A stretch of DNA of 52,919 bases from assembly GCA_043720995.1 (NCBI GenBank), contig JAYSRO010000345.1, positions 1 through 52,919 on the forward strand. Reading direction: 5' to 3'. Both the position numbers and the translations under genes were made by a program. Of the stretch, positions 34,065 through 43,341 are shown one piece after another. The stretch comes from Candidatus Eiseniibacteriota bacterium (GTDB lineage Bacteria > Eisenbacteria > RBG-16-71-46). The notes beneath the pieces were generated by a model that saw only the letters and a program-made list of their open reading frames with translations, was not told the DNA's origin and ran no database searches. Every line of letters begins with the position of its first letter. The stretch's first letter is position 1.

Positions 34065-36269
34065 ATGACACGCCCCCTTCCGGCAACGCCTGAACCTCCC
34101 CGCCCGGTCCCGACGGCCACTGCCACCCCGTGGCCCGTGGTCAGCAGTCGCCAGGCCGCGTGGATCGCTGTCGCATGGACCCTGGCACTCGTGGGGCTGT
34201 CCGTGTGTGGCCACCCCACGCCGTTCTACCGCGTCGAGACCGACCTCGTGGGGGAGTACCTTCCGGCGGCGCGTGAATTGGCGCGCGGCATCGTGTCGGG
34301 CTCGCACTACGCATTCAAGGGCCCCGGCTATCCGCTGATGCTGGCGTGGGCCGCGATCCCCTTCGGTGGCGATGTCGAACTCGTGGCCCGCGTGCTCGGA
34401 CCCGTCGCGGCCGGCTGCGCGGCGTGGTTCGCGTTTGCACTCGCGCGCGTCGCGATGGGTCCCGCCGTTGCCACGTTCACGCTGCTCGCCATGCTCGCCA
34501 TGCCGATCCAGTTTCGCTATGCCATCGAAGCCGGTACCGACGCGCCGGCGCTGGCGTTGATGTTGGCCTCGACGTGGCTCGTGCTGCGCAATGGCTCGGC
34601 GCGCAGCTTCGTGCTCGCGGGGCTGCTCGCGGGCTACGCGACACTCACGCGCGGCAACGCGGTGTTCCTGTTGCCCTGCGCCGCCCTCGCGATCGCCGCG
34701 CGGCCCGGGCGACTCGCGCGCTACGCAGCGTTTGGCTGTGCCGTCGCACTGCCATTGCTCGCGTGGCGTTGGATCGCGGAGCGCTCAGGCGGGCTGCCGG
34801 CGGATCGCAACTACCTGAACATCGCGTGGGAACTCTATGGCCACGGCGTGCCGTGGGACCGCTTCGAGACCACCACGGGCACGCGCTTTCACTCGCTGTT
34901 CGAAGTGTTGGCGTTTGATCCGCTACGCGCCTGCACTCACATCCTCCGCAATCTCGCCGCCTATCGCCTGCTCGACCTGCAGCAACTCCAGACGCCGTGG
35001 CTGGGAGTGCTCGCAGTGCCGGGGCTCGTGCGGCTTGCGGCCACGCGCACCGCGCGGCCCTGGCTGCTGCACGCGATCGCCTGCGCGGTATTGCTGGCGC
35101 CGGTGTTCTACAACGCACGTTTCGCGCTGTACCTGTTGCCGCTGTACCTCGCCGCCGCAGGCGCATCGCTGGAGTGGCTCGCGTTGCGCGTTCGCGCCTA
35201 CGCCATCACGCACCGCGTGCCGACGCGGTTGGCGCAGGCGATGATTCCCGGCGTTGTCGCGGCCATGATCGTGGGGCTGGCGGCGGGCGCCGTAGTCGTG
35301 TCCACGCGCGAACTCGCGGATGCTCCACATGAAGTGCGCCTCGCCGGAGCGGCGCTCGCGCGGTTCGCCGTACCCGGCGCGCGCATCATGGCGCGCAAGC
35401 CGCACGTCGCGTGGTACGCGCACATGCAGTACGTGCCCTATCCCACCTCGGCGTCGTTGGAAGACCTACCCGCGCTCGCGCGCGCGGCGGGCGCTGAGTA
35501 CTTGTTCTTCTCCGGCATCGAGCAGGTCATGCGCCCGAACGACGCCGTGCTCGCGGACTCGGGGCTCGCGCTACCCGGCTTCCAACAGGTGATGTGGTCC
35601 CGCTTGCCTCGCGGCCACTTCTACAGCGTGTACCGCTTGAGCAGCACGCACGCCACGCACGCGGAGTTCAGCGCAGCACTTCACGATGCGCTGTTGCGCT
35701 ACGAAGCGAAGCGGCCCGGCTCGCCCGAGGCGATGTTGTTCGTGGCCGCGGAGCTTTACGAGTTGGGCGCTGTCGCCGAAGCGCTCGCGCGGCTCGAGCG
35801 GCTCGAACGCAGCGGTGCGCATGACCCCGCGGTCGAGCGCTATCGCTCGCTGGCATTACTGGCAAGTGGTGATCTCGAGGGTGCTGCGCGCGCCTGCGAG
35901 CAGGCGATGGTGCTTGAAACACCGATGGCGTGGCACTACCAACAGCTCGGCGAAATCCGCGCGCGCCAGACTCGCATGGGCGAAGCGCGCGACGCGTTTG
36001 CGCGTGGCGTGGAGGTCGAGCCCACGAACCTCGCGTGCCTCGAATCGCTCGGCCGCGCTGAAATCGCGTTGCGCGACTTCCCCGCGGCTGCCGCCGCGTT
36101 CGAGCAGCGCCTGCGCCTGGTCCCGGGCGATATCGCGGCCCGCCGCGACGCCATGGGCGCCTGGAAATTGGCGGGTAACGAGGTGCGCGTGCGTCAGTTA
36201 TTCGCAGATGGCGTTTCCGGCGGCGCCTCTGCCGCGGCACTCGCCGGCACCACGACGCCGGCCCGCTAG
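34065..36269 (+). CDS. Polytopic membrane glycosyltransferase (GT39/ArnT/PMT_2-like) with C-terminal TPR repeats
   Basis: About 11 hydrophobic segments in the first roughly 430 aa, including a loop YAFKGPGYPLML typical of ArnT-like enzymes. The C-terminal roughly 200 aa have TPR-like A/L/E periodicity (AEALARLERLERSG..., GEARDAFARGVEVEPTN...). Confidence 0.7.
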   Translation: MTRPLPATPEPPRPVPTATATPWPVVSSRQAAWIAVAWTLALVGLSVCGHPTPFYRVETDLVGEYLPAARELARGIVSGSHYAFKGPGYPLMLAWAAIPFGGDVELVARVLGPVAAGCAAWFAFALARVAMGPAVATFTLLAMLAMPIQFRYAIEAGTDAPALALMLASTWLVLRNGSARSFVLAGLLAGYATLTRGNAVFLLPCAALAIAARPGRLARYAAFGCAVALPLLAWRWIAERSGGLPADRNYLNIAWELYGHGVPWDRFETTTGTRFHSLFEVLAFDPLRACTHILRNLAAYRLLDLQQLQTPWLGVLAVPGLVRLAATRTARPWLLHAIACAVLLAPVFYNARFALYLLPLYLAAAGASLEWLALRVRAYAITHRVPTRLAQAMIPGVVAAMIVGLAAGAVVVSTRELADAPHEVRLAGAALARFAVPGARIMARKPHVAWYAHMQYVPYPTSASLEDLPALARAAGAEYLFFSGIEQVMRPNDAVLADSGLALPGFQQVMWSRLPRGHFYSVYRLSSTHATHAEFSAALHDALLRYEAKRPGSPEAMLFVAAELYELGAVAEALARLERLERSGAHDPAVERYRSLALLASGDLEGAARACEQAMVLETPMAWHYQQLGEIRARQTRMGEARDAFARGVEVEPTNLACLESLGRAEIALRDFPAAAAAFEQRLRLVPGDIAARRDAMGAWKLAGNEVRVRQLFADGVSGGASAAALAGTTTPAR

Positions 36270-36455
36270 CACCCACCGTCGGGCGGCATCACTGCATCGC
36301 AGGCGCGTTTTCATTGACCGCGCCGCATTGCGGTCGTACGGTACGCGCCGCACCCGAGTGATGTTGTTCCTACTTGACGCACCGCCTGCCACAGCGCCCG
36401 GCGATCACGGATCGAACGCCGCGGACGTCACACTCGAACCGGTCACGGAGGACCG

Positions 36456-37184
36456 ATGCCGCTCGCCGTCGCCCCTGCGCAATCGCGTCCCAGCTTCACG
36501 GGTCGCGGCACCTTCGCCTTCCTCGTGTTGCTCGCCGTCTTCATCGCGATGCCCTGGCTGGTGCGCCCGCTCGAGGCGTTGTTGCCGCTCGTCGATGTGG
36601 TGCTCGTGGGCAACATCGCCGAGTCTGCGATTGGGTTGGTGCTCGGCGGCTGGCTGTTCCGCTTGATCCGCACGCAGCGGCGCCAGACGATCGAGTTTGC
36701 CCGCGAGCTGGAGCGCCTGACGGAATCCGACGCGCTCACCGGCCTCGGCAACACGCGCGCGCTGACGCGCGATCTCGAGCGCATGCTCAACCGCGCGCGC
36801 CGCACCAGCGAGCCCGTCACCGTGTTGTACTTCGACATCGATTCACTCGACGACGTGAACCGCCGCCACGGCCGCGCCACCGGCGACCTGACGCTGCGCA
36901 TGATGGGCGCGGTGCTGCGCTCGTCCGTGCGCTACGGCATCGACACCGGTTACCGGCTGGCCGACGACAAGTTCGCCATCGTACTCACCGCAGGCCGCGA
37001 CGCCGCGCACGTGGTTCGGCAGCGGCTCGAGTGGAACTTCCAGGAACGCACGCCACGCCGCTCGAACCTGAGCGTGGGCGTGGCGACATGGGATGGCCGC
37101 AAGAGTTCCGATGGGCTCGTCGAGGAAGCACGTCGCGCGCTCGCAGTGCAGCGGCAAACCGCGATGGTCGCCCAAATGGCGTAG
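36456..37184 (+). CDS. Membrane-anchored degenerate GGDEF domain protein (ADDKF in place of GGDEF)
   Basis: GGAGG 4 nt upstream of the ATG. Two N-terminal TM segments. DALTGLGNTRAL...VLYFDIDSLDDVNRRHGRATGD...GYRLADDKFAIVL follows the diguanylate-cyclase fold, but the signature motif is degenerate. Confidence 0.75.
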   Translation: MPLAVAPAQSRPSFTGRGTFAFLVLLAVFIAMPWLVRPLEALLPLVDVVLVGNIAESAIGLVLGGWLFRLIRTQRRQTIEFARELERLTESDALTGLGNTRALTRDLERMLNRARRTSEPVTVLYFDIDSLDDVNRRHGRATGDLTLRMMGAVLRSSVRYGIDTGYRLADDKFAIVLTAGRDAAHVVRQRLEWNFQERTPRRSNLSVGVATWDGRKSSDGLVEEARRALAVQRQTAMVAQMA

Positions 37185-37200
37185 GGGCGACCTCGCCTGG

Positions 37201-38586
37201 CTAGACCGGTACGCCCGGCGACCTTCGCAGCACTACTTCCACGGTCGTATCGGCGCGCGGCGTGATTGCATCGGGGCGCCAGCGCGCGGGGATCGTCTTC
37301 GGTTCTGCGCGGTTCCATTCGCGTGGGGTCGCCTCACCGGTCAGGGCGTCGGCGAAGTCGATGTCGACCGCCTCGCCCGCCATCTGCGGCTGCCCGTCCA
37401 TTGCATCGGCGGTGGGGAATGACCGCCGCGAACGCGAGCGATGGAACTTGAGCTGTCGTGCCAGCCAGCCGGTCATGCGCGGCCGCAGGTCGCCCAACAT
37501 GTTGAAGCAATCGTGGCCGCCGCGCGGGTAGTAGACGATCTCGCGATCGCACACCGCGTTGTCGTAGATGCGCCAGGCTTCTTCGCCCGGCGTGATCAGG
37601 TCGTGTCCGCCGCCAGAGACCATCAGCGGGCAGCGCAGGTGTGGCAGGGCGCGGTCGAGCGTGATGCGATGCACCTCGCGGCCCATCTCCGCTTCGGTCA
37701 GCCCATACAGCGCCGCCAACTCGCGGCGCATGCCGACGAGAGTGACGTTCCAGTAGACCTCGGCCGAATACGGCGGGCTCACCGCCGCGACCGCGCGGAT
37801 GCGCGAGTCGAACGACGCCATGCGGATGGCGAGATAGCCGCCGAGGCTCTGGCCGAAGAACGCAATGGCTTCCGGGTCGAGTTCGGGGCGAGTCTGGACT
37901 TCGTTGACGATGGCGAGACCAACAGGCCGCGGTTCCGCGACCATCGAGAGGCGATGGAACGTTTCGCCGAGACCGGGACCATCAAAGGTGATCGTGGCGA
38001 GGCCGCGCGCCAGCAGCGCGTCGGACCACCAGTGGAGTTCTTCCTTCACCGAGTTCGTGCCGTTGAACATCACCACCACCGGTGCCGGCTCAACGCCCGG
38101 CGGCACGCGCAGGTACCCGCGCAACATGCGACGGCGGAACGGCACCTCGAAGGGGCGCGCCGGAATGTCGAACAACGGAGCCGCGGTGGCGTAGGCGTTG
38201 ACGCAGGCTTCATGCAGCACGAGCTTGCGTTCGCGATCGAGGAACACGACGTACTGCGCGAAGTTGAACGACGCCGAGGCGCGCAGGAACAGGTCGCGCG
38301 CTTCGAGCGTGCGGCCGAACGACAGCGCGCGGCGGGCGAGCGCTTCCTGCTCGCGGCCCAGGTTGTCCCACTCGTCGACCCATGCTTCGAGGCTGGTGAT
38401 GCGGCCGAGCACGCGATCGAGATCCTGCGGGGTGACACCAAAGTTCAGGAACTGGAGCTTGGCCCACTTGGGCATCTGGCGCGCGGCGCCGAGCCGAAGG
38501 CTCCAGCGGACGAATTGCGGTCGCAGGACCTGGCTGCGCAGCAGGTGCGGCACGAGAAACTCGAGCCGCCCTCCTTTGACCGTCAT
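37201..38586 (-). CDS. Alpha/beta hydrolase, FrsA/DUF1100-like esterase
   Basis: VVVMFNGTNSVKEE, nucleophile elbow FGQSLGGYLA, GGGHDLITP and GGHDCFN. About 80-aa C-terminal extension of unknown function. Confidence 0.75.
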   Translation of the reverse strand: MTVKGGRLEFLVPHLLRSQVLRPQFVRWSLRLGAARQMPKWAKLQFLNFGVTPQDLDRVLGRITSLEAWVDEWDNLGREQEALARRALSFGRTLEARDLFLRASASFNFAQYVVFLDRERKLVLHEACVNAYATAAPLFDIPARPFEVPFRRRMLRGYLRVPPGVEPAPVVVMFNGTNSVKEELHWWSDALLARGLATITFDGPGLGETFHRLSMVAEPRPVGLAIVNEVQTRPELDPEAIAFFGQSLGGYLAIRMASFDSRIRAVAAVSPPYSAEVYWNVTLVGMRRELAALYGLTEAEMGREVHRITLDRALPHLRCPLMVSGGGHDLITPGEEAWRIYDNAVCDREIVYYPRGGHDCFNMLGDLRPRMTGWLARQLKFHRSRSRRSFPTADAMDGQPQMAGEAVDIDFADALTGEATPREWNRAEPKTIPARWRPDAITPRADTTVEVVLRRSPGVPV

Positions 38587-38911
38587 CGGGATGCCCCCGC
38601 CCTCACACTGGGCTGGTTACAGTGGCTGCGCGTGTCCGATCGCGCCATTCGCGAGCGGACAGGGTGTTCCTGCACCATGAACCAGCATGCAATGTGCCAC
38701 CGGCATTGCGCCCTGCCGTTCCATGGTTATCGCCGCATGCGGGCTCGTCTTGCAGGGAATTCAACGGATTGCGCGCGAGGGCCGCGGTTGGCCCCTCATT
38801 GGATGTCGCTGGCGCGCCTCGGGGACTGTGGAAATTCGCCCGACAGTCGTGCGGGATGACCCGCCGGTGCGGCGCGACCGAAGCGCCACGATCACCCCCG
38901 GCGATGCAGCG

Positions 38912-39784
38912 CTACTGCTTCGCCGCGATCGCCCCGGCCAGCACTTCGCGCACCTGCGCCGCGACCCCGCCGGTCTTGACCGCGCGACCGCCGACCGAGG
39001 TGATGCTCACGATGCCCTGCACGGCGTTGGTGAGGAACACCTCATCGGCGATCGCCAACTCGTCCCGCCACATGGCCGAAGTGCGCAGGCGGTAGCCGAG
39101 GTCGTAGCAGGCCTGGAGCGCGAAGGCGCGGGTGATGCCCGCGAGGATGCCGGTGTGATGCGACGGCGTGGCGATCTCGCCGTCGATATGGAGGAACACA
39201 TTGCTCGCCGAGCCCTCGAGCACTTCGCCCTGGTGCGTGAGCAGGATCGTCTCATCGGCGCCCGCGGCGCGCGCTTCTTCGTGCGCCAGGTGGTACGCCA
39301 GCCGGCTCGTCGTCTTGTACGCGCCCAGCACGCCGGGCGCGAACGGGCGCTTCGACAAGATCACCGAGCCCTCTCCCGTGCGCGTGCCGCGCCACAACCT
39401 GCCGCCCACTGGCTCCACTTCGACCCAGCAACCGGTGCGCGTCGGGCGCCCACCGGCGATGCCGCGCGTGACGGTGATGCGCGCGACGGCGTCGGTGAGC
39501 ACGTTGGCTTCGAGCGTGGCGTCGAGGGCAGTGCGCAGCGTGAGTGGCGAGGGCGGCACCGGGAAGCCGAGCTCTGCCGCGGCGAGCACCATGCGCTCGA
39601 GATGCTTCTGCCACAGGAACGGGTGGCCCTCGTGCACGCGGAACGTTTCGAAGATCGCACCGCCATCGTGCACGCCACGGTCGAACAGCGACACGCGCGC
39701 CGCTTCACCGCGCAATAGTTGCCCGTCTATCCACACCACACGATCCGGCGCCTTGGCGCCGCGGGCGAATCGCTCGGTGCTCAC
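38912..39784 (-). CDS. pabC: Aminodeoxychorismate lyase / class IV aminotransferase
   Basis: Fold-type IV pattern (RGVHDGGAIFETFRV, ITVTRG, YKTTSRL, EGSASNVF, GILAGITR). Its GTG start overlaps the pabB TGA (GTGA at 39781..39784). Confidence 0.78.
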   Translation of the reverse strand: MSTERFARGAKAPDRVVWIDGQLLRGEAARVSLFDRGVHDGGAIFETFRVHEGHPFLWQKHLERMVLAAAELGFPVPPSPLTLRTALDATLEANVLTDAVARITVTRGIAGGRPTRTGCWVEVEPVGGRLWRGTRTGEGSVILSKRPFAPGVLGAYKTTSRLAYHLAHEEARAAGADETILLTHQGEVLEGSASNVFLHIDGEIATPSHHTGILAGITRAFALQACYDLGYRLRTSAMWRDELAIADEVFLTNAVQGIVSITSVGGRAVKTGGVAAQVREVLAGAIAAKQ

Positions 39785-41235
39785 ACGACGTCTCGCAGCA
39801 GCGGCTCCCCGAGTCCCAACGCGCGGCCCAGCGCCGAACCCATACCGGCGATCTTCTGCAGCGTCTCTTCGTACTCAGCCGCGGGGTCCGAGTCCGCGGT
39901 AACCCCACCACCCGCCGAAAAGTGGATCGCCTGCGGCGTGACGAGTGCCGTGCGGATAGCGATGTTCCAGTCGGCGTCGCCGCTCCAATCGACGTAGCCG
40001 ATGCTGCCGGTATACATGTGGCGGCGCACCGGCTCGATCGCCTCGAGGATCTCGATGGCGCGCAGCTTGGGCGCGCCGGTAATCGAGCCGCCGGGGAAGC
40101 AGGCGTGCAGCAGGTCGAAGGCGTCGAGTTCACGCCGCAACCGCCCCTCGATCGTGGACGTCAGGTGGAACACCTGCGGGAATGCTTCCAGCTCGCACAG
40201 CCGCAGCGGTTGCACGCTGCCCGTCTCGCACACGCGGCCGAGATCATTGCGCAGCACATCGACGATCATGATGTTTTCGGCGCGGTCCTTCTCGCTGGCC
40301 AGCAACTCGGCGCGCAGCCGGGCATCGGCCGCGGCATCCTCGCCGCGCGGCCGCGTGCCCTTGATGGGGCGCGTCTCGACACGGAACGCGCGCAACTCGA
40401 GGAAGCGCTCGGGGCTCGCCGAGACGATGGCGTGATCGTCGCCGCCTAAGAACGCCGCGAACGGCGCGGGCGAACGTTCGTCGAGGGCCGCGTGCAAGCC
40501 GACCGCGGCATTCATCAACTGTGCAAAGCCGAGCGGCTCCGGTTGCAGCACGCCGTCGCGGCCGCCGATCGGCAGCGTCCAGCGCTGCGACAGGTTGGCC
40601 TGGTAGATGTCGCCGCGCGTGATGTGGTCCTGCACGCGGCGCACCGCGTCGAGGTAGGCCTCGCGCACGAACGTCGAACTCGCGACCGCGCGCGCTCCCG
40701 GCCGCAGCACGAGCGGCTCGAGGGCGGGGCGCTCCCACAGGTGCGTTTCAAATTCATGCAGCCGCTGCGCGGCGCGTTCGGCGCGCGCGGCGCCCTCGAA
40801 CGGCAAGCCGCTCGAGAACAGCCACGCTTGGCGCGAACGGTGATCGAAGGCGCCGACGACGTCGTACAGGCCCAGGGCAACGTCCGGCAGCCCGAGATCA
40901 TCTGCCGCGTGCGAAGGCCAGCGTTCGAGGCGGCGGCCGAAGTCGTAGCTCCAGCTGCCGACCGCGCCCCCGGTGAACGGCACGGCCGTCGCGTCGCTGC
41001 CCTCGGCGCGCATATGCTGCGACAGTTCGCGCCAACGGGCGATGGCGGTGTCGTACTGCGGGCCCGAGTAGAACTCGAACGGCTCGGCACCGAAGAACGA
41101 CCAGCGTCCCGCATCATCGTTCAGGCTCGAATGCAGCAGGAACGGGTGCCGCAGGCGCGCGAGCGCCGGCAGCAGGTCGAGCGGATCGAAACACTCGATC
41201 GCCCGCACCAGCGGGAAGGATGACCTGGCAGTCAT
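39781..41235 (-). CDS. pabB: Aminodeoxychorismate synthase component I (chorismate-binding enzyme)
   Basis: ATG 41235 (MTARSSFPLV...). Chorismate-binding C-terminal motifs SPERFLEL, ETRPIKGTRPRG, KDRAENIMIVDVLRNDLGRV, GGSITGAPK and GSIGY. The upstream 164 codons of the track ORF are Arg-rich noise. Confidence 0.85.
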   Translation of the reverse strand: MTARSSFPLVRAIECFDPLDLLPALARLRHPFLLHSSLNDDAGRWSFFGAEPFEFYSGPQYDTAIARWRELSQHMRAEGSDATAVPFTGGAVGSWSYDFGRRLERWPSHAADDLGLPDVALGLYDVVGAFDHRSRQAWLFSSGLPFEGAARAERAAQRLHEFETHLWERPALEPLVLRPGARAVASSTFVREAYLDAVRRVQDHITRGDIYQANLSQRWTLPIGGRDGVLQPEPLGFAQLMNAAVGLHAALDERSPAPFAAFLGGDDHAIVSASPERFLELRAFRVETRPIKGTRPRGEDAAADARLRAELLASEKDRAENIMIVDVLRNDLGRVCETGSVQPLRLCELEAFPQVFHLTSTIEGRLRRELDAFDLLHACFPGGSITGAPKLRAIEILEAIEPVRRHMYTGSIGYVDWSGDADWNIAIRTALVTPQAIHFSAGGGVTADSDPAAEYEETLQKIAGMGSALGRALGLGEPLLRDVV

Positions 41236-41295
41236 GCCATGGAGCCTAGGAGCCGGATGCGACCGGGTCAATGGTGTTAGACTCCCCCGTTCCCA

Positions 41296-42651
41296 ATGAT
41301 CACGACCCTCATCAAATCCGGCACCCTCGTGTGCATGGACGCCGCCGGCACGCTCTCCCGTGGCGATCTGCTCGTCCAGGACGGTGTTATCGCCGCGGTG
41401 GGCGACGCCGTGCCCGCGGCCCTGGCGGGTCTGCCGGGCCAGCACCCCGACGAGACGATCGACGCCACCGGCCGCTTCGTGCTGCCCGGCTTCGTCCATG
41501 GCCACCTGCACCTGTGCCAGACGCTGTTCCGCGGGCTCGCCGAGCAGGCCGACCTGCTGCGCTGGCTGCGCGAGAGCATCTGGCCGCTCGAGGCGGCGCA
41601 CACCGAAGCCTCGATCGCCGCCTCGGCGCGCCTCGGCGTGTGCGAACTGCTGGCGGGCGGCGTCACATGCATTAACGACATGGGCACCGTGCACCTGACC
41701 GAGGCGACCGCGAGCGTGCTGGAGCAATCGGGGATCCGCGCCCTGTTGGGCAAGGCACTGATGGATCAGGGCGTGCAGGTGCCGCCGCGGTTGATGGAGA
41801 CCTCACGCGCAGCGATGGACGGCGCCTTGGCGTTGGCCGACCGCTTCCATGGTGCCGCCGCGGGGCGCATTCGCATTTCGCTGGCGCCCCGCTTCATCCT
41901 GTCGTGCAGCGAGGCGCTGTGGCGTGATGTCACCGACGCTTCGCGCGAGCGCGGCATGCTCGTGCACACACACCTCGCCGAGAGCCCCAACGAAGGCCGC
42001 GAGGTCGAGCAGGCTGTGGGCAGCACCGCCACGCGCTACTTTGCCGCGCAAAGCGCGTTGAGTGAGCGGTTCGTCGGCGCGCATGGTGTTTGGCTCGCGC
42101 CCGACGAACTCGCCTCGCTCAAAGTCGCGAACGCCGCACTCGTCCATTGCCCGGGCTCGAACCTCAAACTCGGCTCGGGGCTCGCGAACGTGCGCGCCTG
42201 GCATCGCGCCGGCGTGCGCTGCGGTTTAGGCTCCGATGGCGCGGCGTGCAACAACCGGCTCGACACGTTTGCTGAGATGTCGCTGGCTGCGGGCATCTCG
42301 CGCGTGCTGGAACCTCTCGATGCGCTGACGCCGCGAGAAGTCGTGGCGCTGGCGACATCGCGCGGCGCGGAGGCGCTGGGATTGGGTGCGGTCACGGGCT
42401 CGCTCGAAGCCGGCAAGCAGGCTGACATCGTGGTGCTCGACGCCACCGCACCCGAGCTCGCGCCAAACGAGCATGTCGACCCTTACACCACGATCGTGCA
42501 CGCCATGACGCCCGCCCACGTGCGGCTCACCATGGTCGCGGGCCGCGTGCTGTACCGCGATGGCGCCTGGTCCACGCTGGACCCCGACCGCGCCGCGGCG
42601 GATGGACGGGCGGAAGCGCGCGGATTGGTGAAGCGGGTAGCGCAGGCGTAG
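41296..42651 (+). CDS. Amidohydrolase, MtaD/TRZ-ATZ family (5-methylthioadenosine/S-adenosylhomocysteine deaminase-like)
   Basis: LPGFVHGHLHLCQT (HxH metal site), VHTHLAES, GVWL, HCPGSNLKLGSG and LGSDGAA. It diverges from pabB with a 60-bp spacer. Confidence 0.83.
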   Translation: MITTLIKSGTLVCMDAAGTLSRGDLLVQDGVIAAVGDAVPAALAGLPGQHPDETIDATGRFVLPGFVHGHLHLCQTLFRGLAEQADLLRWLRESIWPLEAAHTEASIAASARLGVCELLAGGVTCINDMGTVHLTEATASVLEQSGIRALLGKALMDQGVQVPPRLMETSRAAMDGALALADRFHGAAAGRIRISLAPRFILSCSEALWRDVTDASRERGMLVHTHLAESPNEGREVEQAVGSTATRYFAAQSALSERFVGAHGVWLAPDELASLKVANAALVHCPGSNLKLGSGLANVRAWHRAGVRCGLGSDGAACNNRLDTFAEMSLAAGISRVLEPLDALTPREVVALATSRGAEALGLGAVTGSLEAGKQADIVVLDATAPELAPNEHVDPYTTIVHAMTPAHVRLTMVAGRVLYRDGAWSTLDPDRAAADGRAEARGLVKRVAQA

Positions 42652-42938
42652 GCAACGCGGGCTCGCAGCCGCGGGCAACCCAGGCCGCTTCGCGCACCAC
42701 ACCCCCCACACACCTGCTCCCCGGCGTGCAGCCCGCGGAGCCAACGCTGCCCCGTCCGGAACACTTCGGGTCACATGCGTCCCACTGCGCCACCCCGCCA
42801 ACACGTTGCGCCGCAGGCTGATGACACGCACCAGCCGCCCCGGCACGCGGGCTGCTCTATCTCTCCAGCGAACCAGGTCACTCAGTCCACTCGCTCGAGA
42901 TCGCTCCCGCGAGCACTCCACTCCAGAGGGGGAACACC

Positions 42939-43262
42939 ATGAAGCGCATCAGCCAGATCCTGTTGGCTCTCGTCGTGATCACGTCGTTCGCGAGCCTTGC
43001 TTCCGCCGGTGAGTATTCGCAGCACATGCAGCGCCGCAACGTCCGGCAGCACGCGCGCATCCAGCAGGGCGTGCGCAGTGGCAAGCTGACGCCCGGCGAG
43101 GCGCGCCACCTGAGACAGGGCGAGCGCAAGATTCACCGCACGGAGCGGCGCGCGAAGGCGGACGGCCAGCTGTCGATGCGCGAGCGTGGGCGGATCAATC
43201 GCATGCAGAACCACGAGAGCCGCCGCATCTACCGGCTCAAGCACAACCGCCGCTCGGCCTAA
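42939..43262 (+). CDS. Small secreted Arg/Gln/His-rich protein with internal duplication
   Basis: GAGGGGGA upstream of the ATG. Signal MKRISQILLALVVITSFASLASA. The mature part contains two similar units (GKLTPGEARHLRQGERKIHR / GQLSMRERGRINRMQNHESRRIYR). Confidence 0.65.
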   Translation: MKRISQILLALVVITSFASLASAGEYSQHMQRRNVRQHARIQQGVRSGKLTPGEARHLRQGERKIHRTERRAKADGQLSMRERGRINRMQNHESRRIYRLKHNRRSA

Positions 43263-43274
43263 CAAATCCCGCAG

Positions 43275-43320
43275 GCGCCAACCCCGGTGGAGCAATCCGC
43301 CGGGGATTGGCGTTTGTGCC
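43275..43320. terminator. Bidirectional terminator-like hairpin between convergent genes
   Basis: Stem gcgccaaccccgg / ccggggattggcg (one bulge) with a 12-nt loop. It is followed by tttgtg on the plus strand and gatttgtt on the minus strand. Confidence 0.45.
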
Positions 43321-43341
43321 GGTCGTGCCGCGCGCTGGTGC

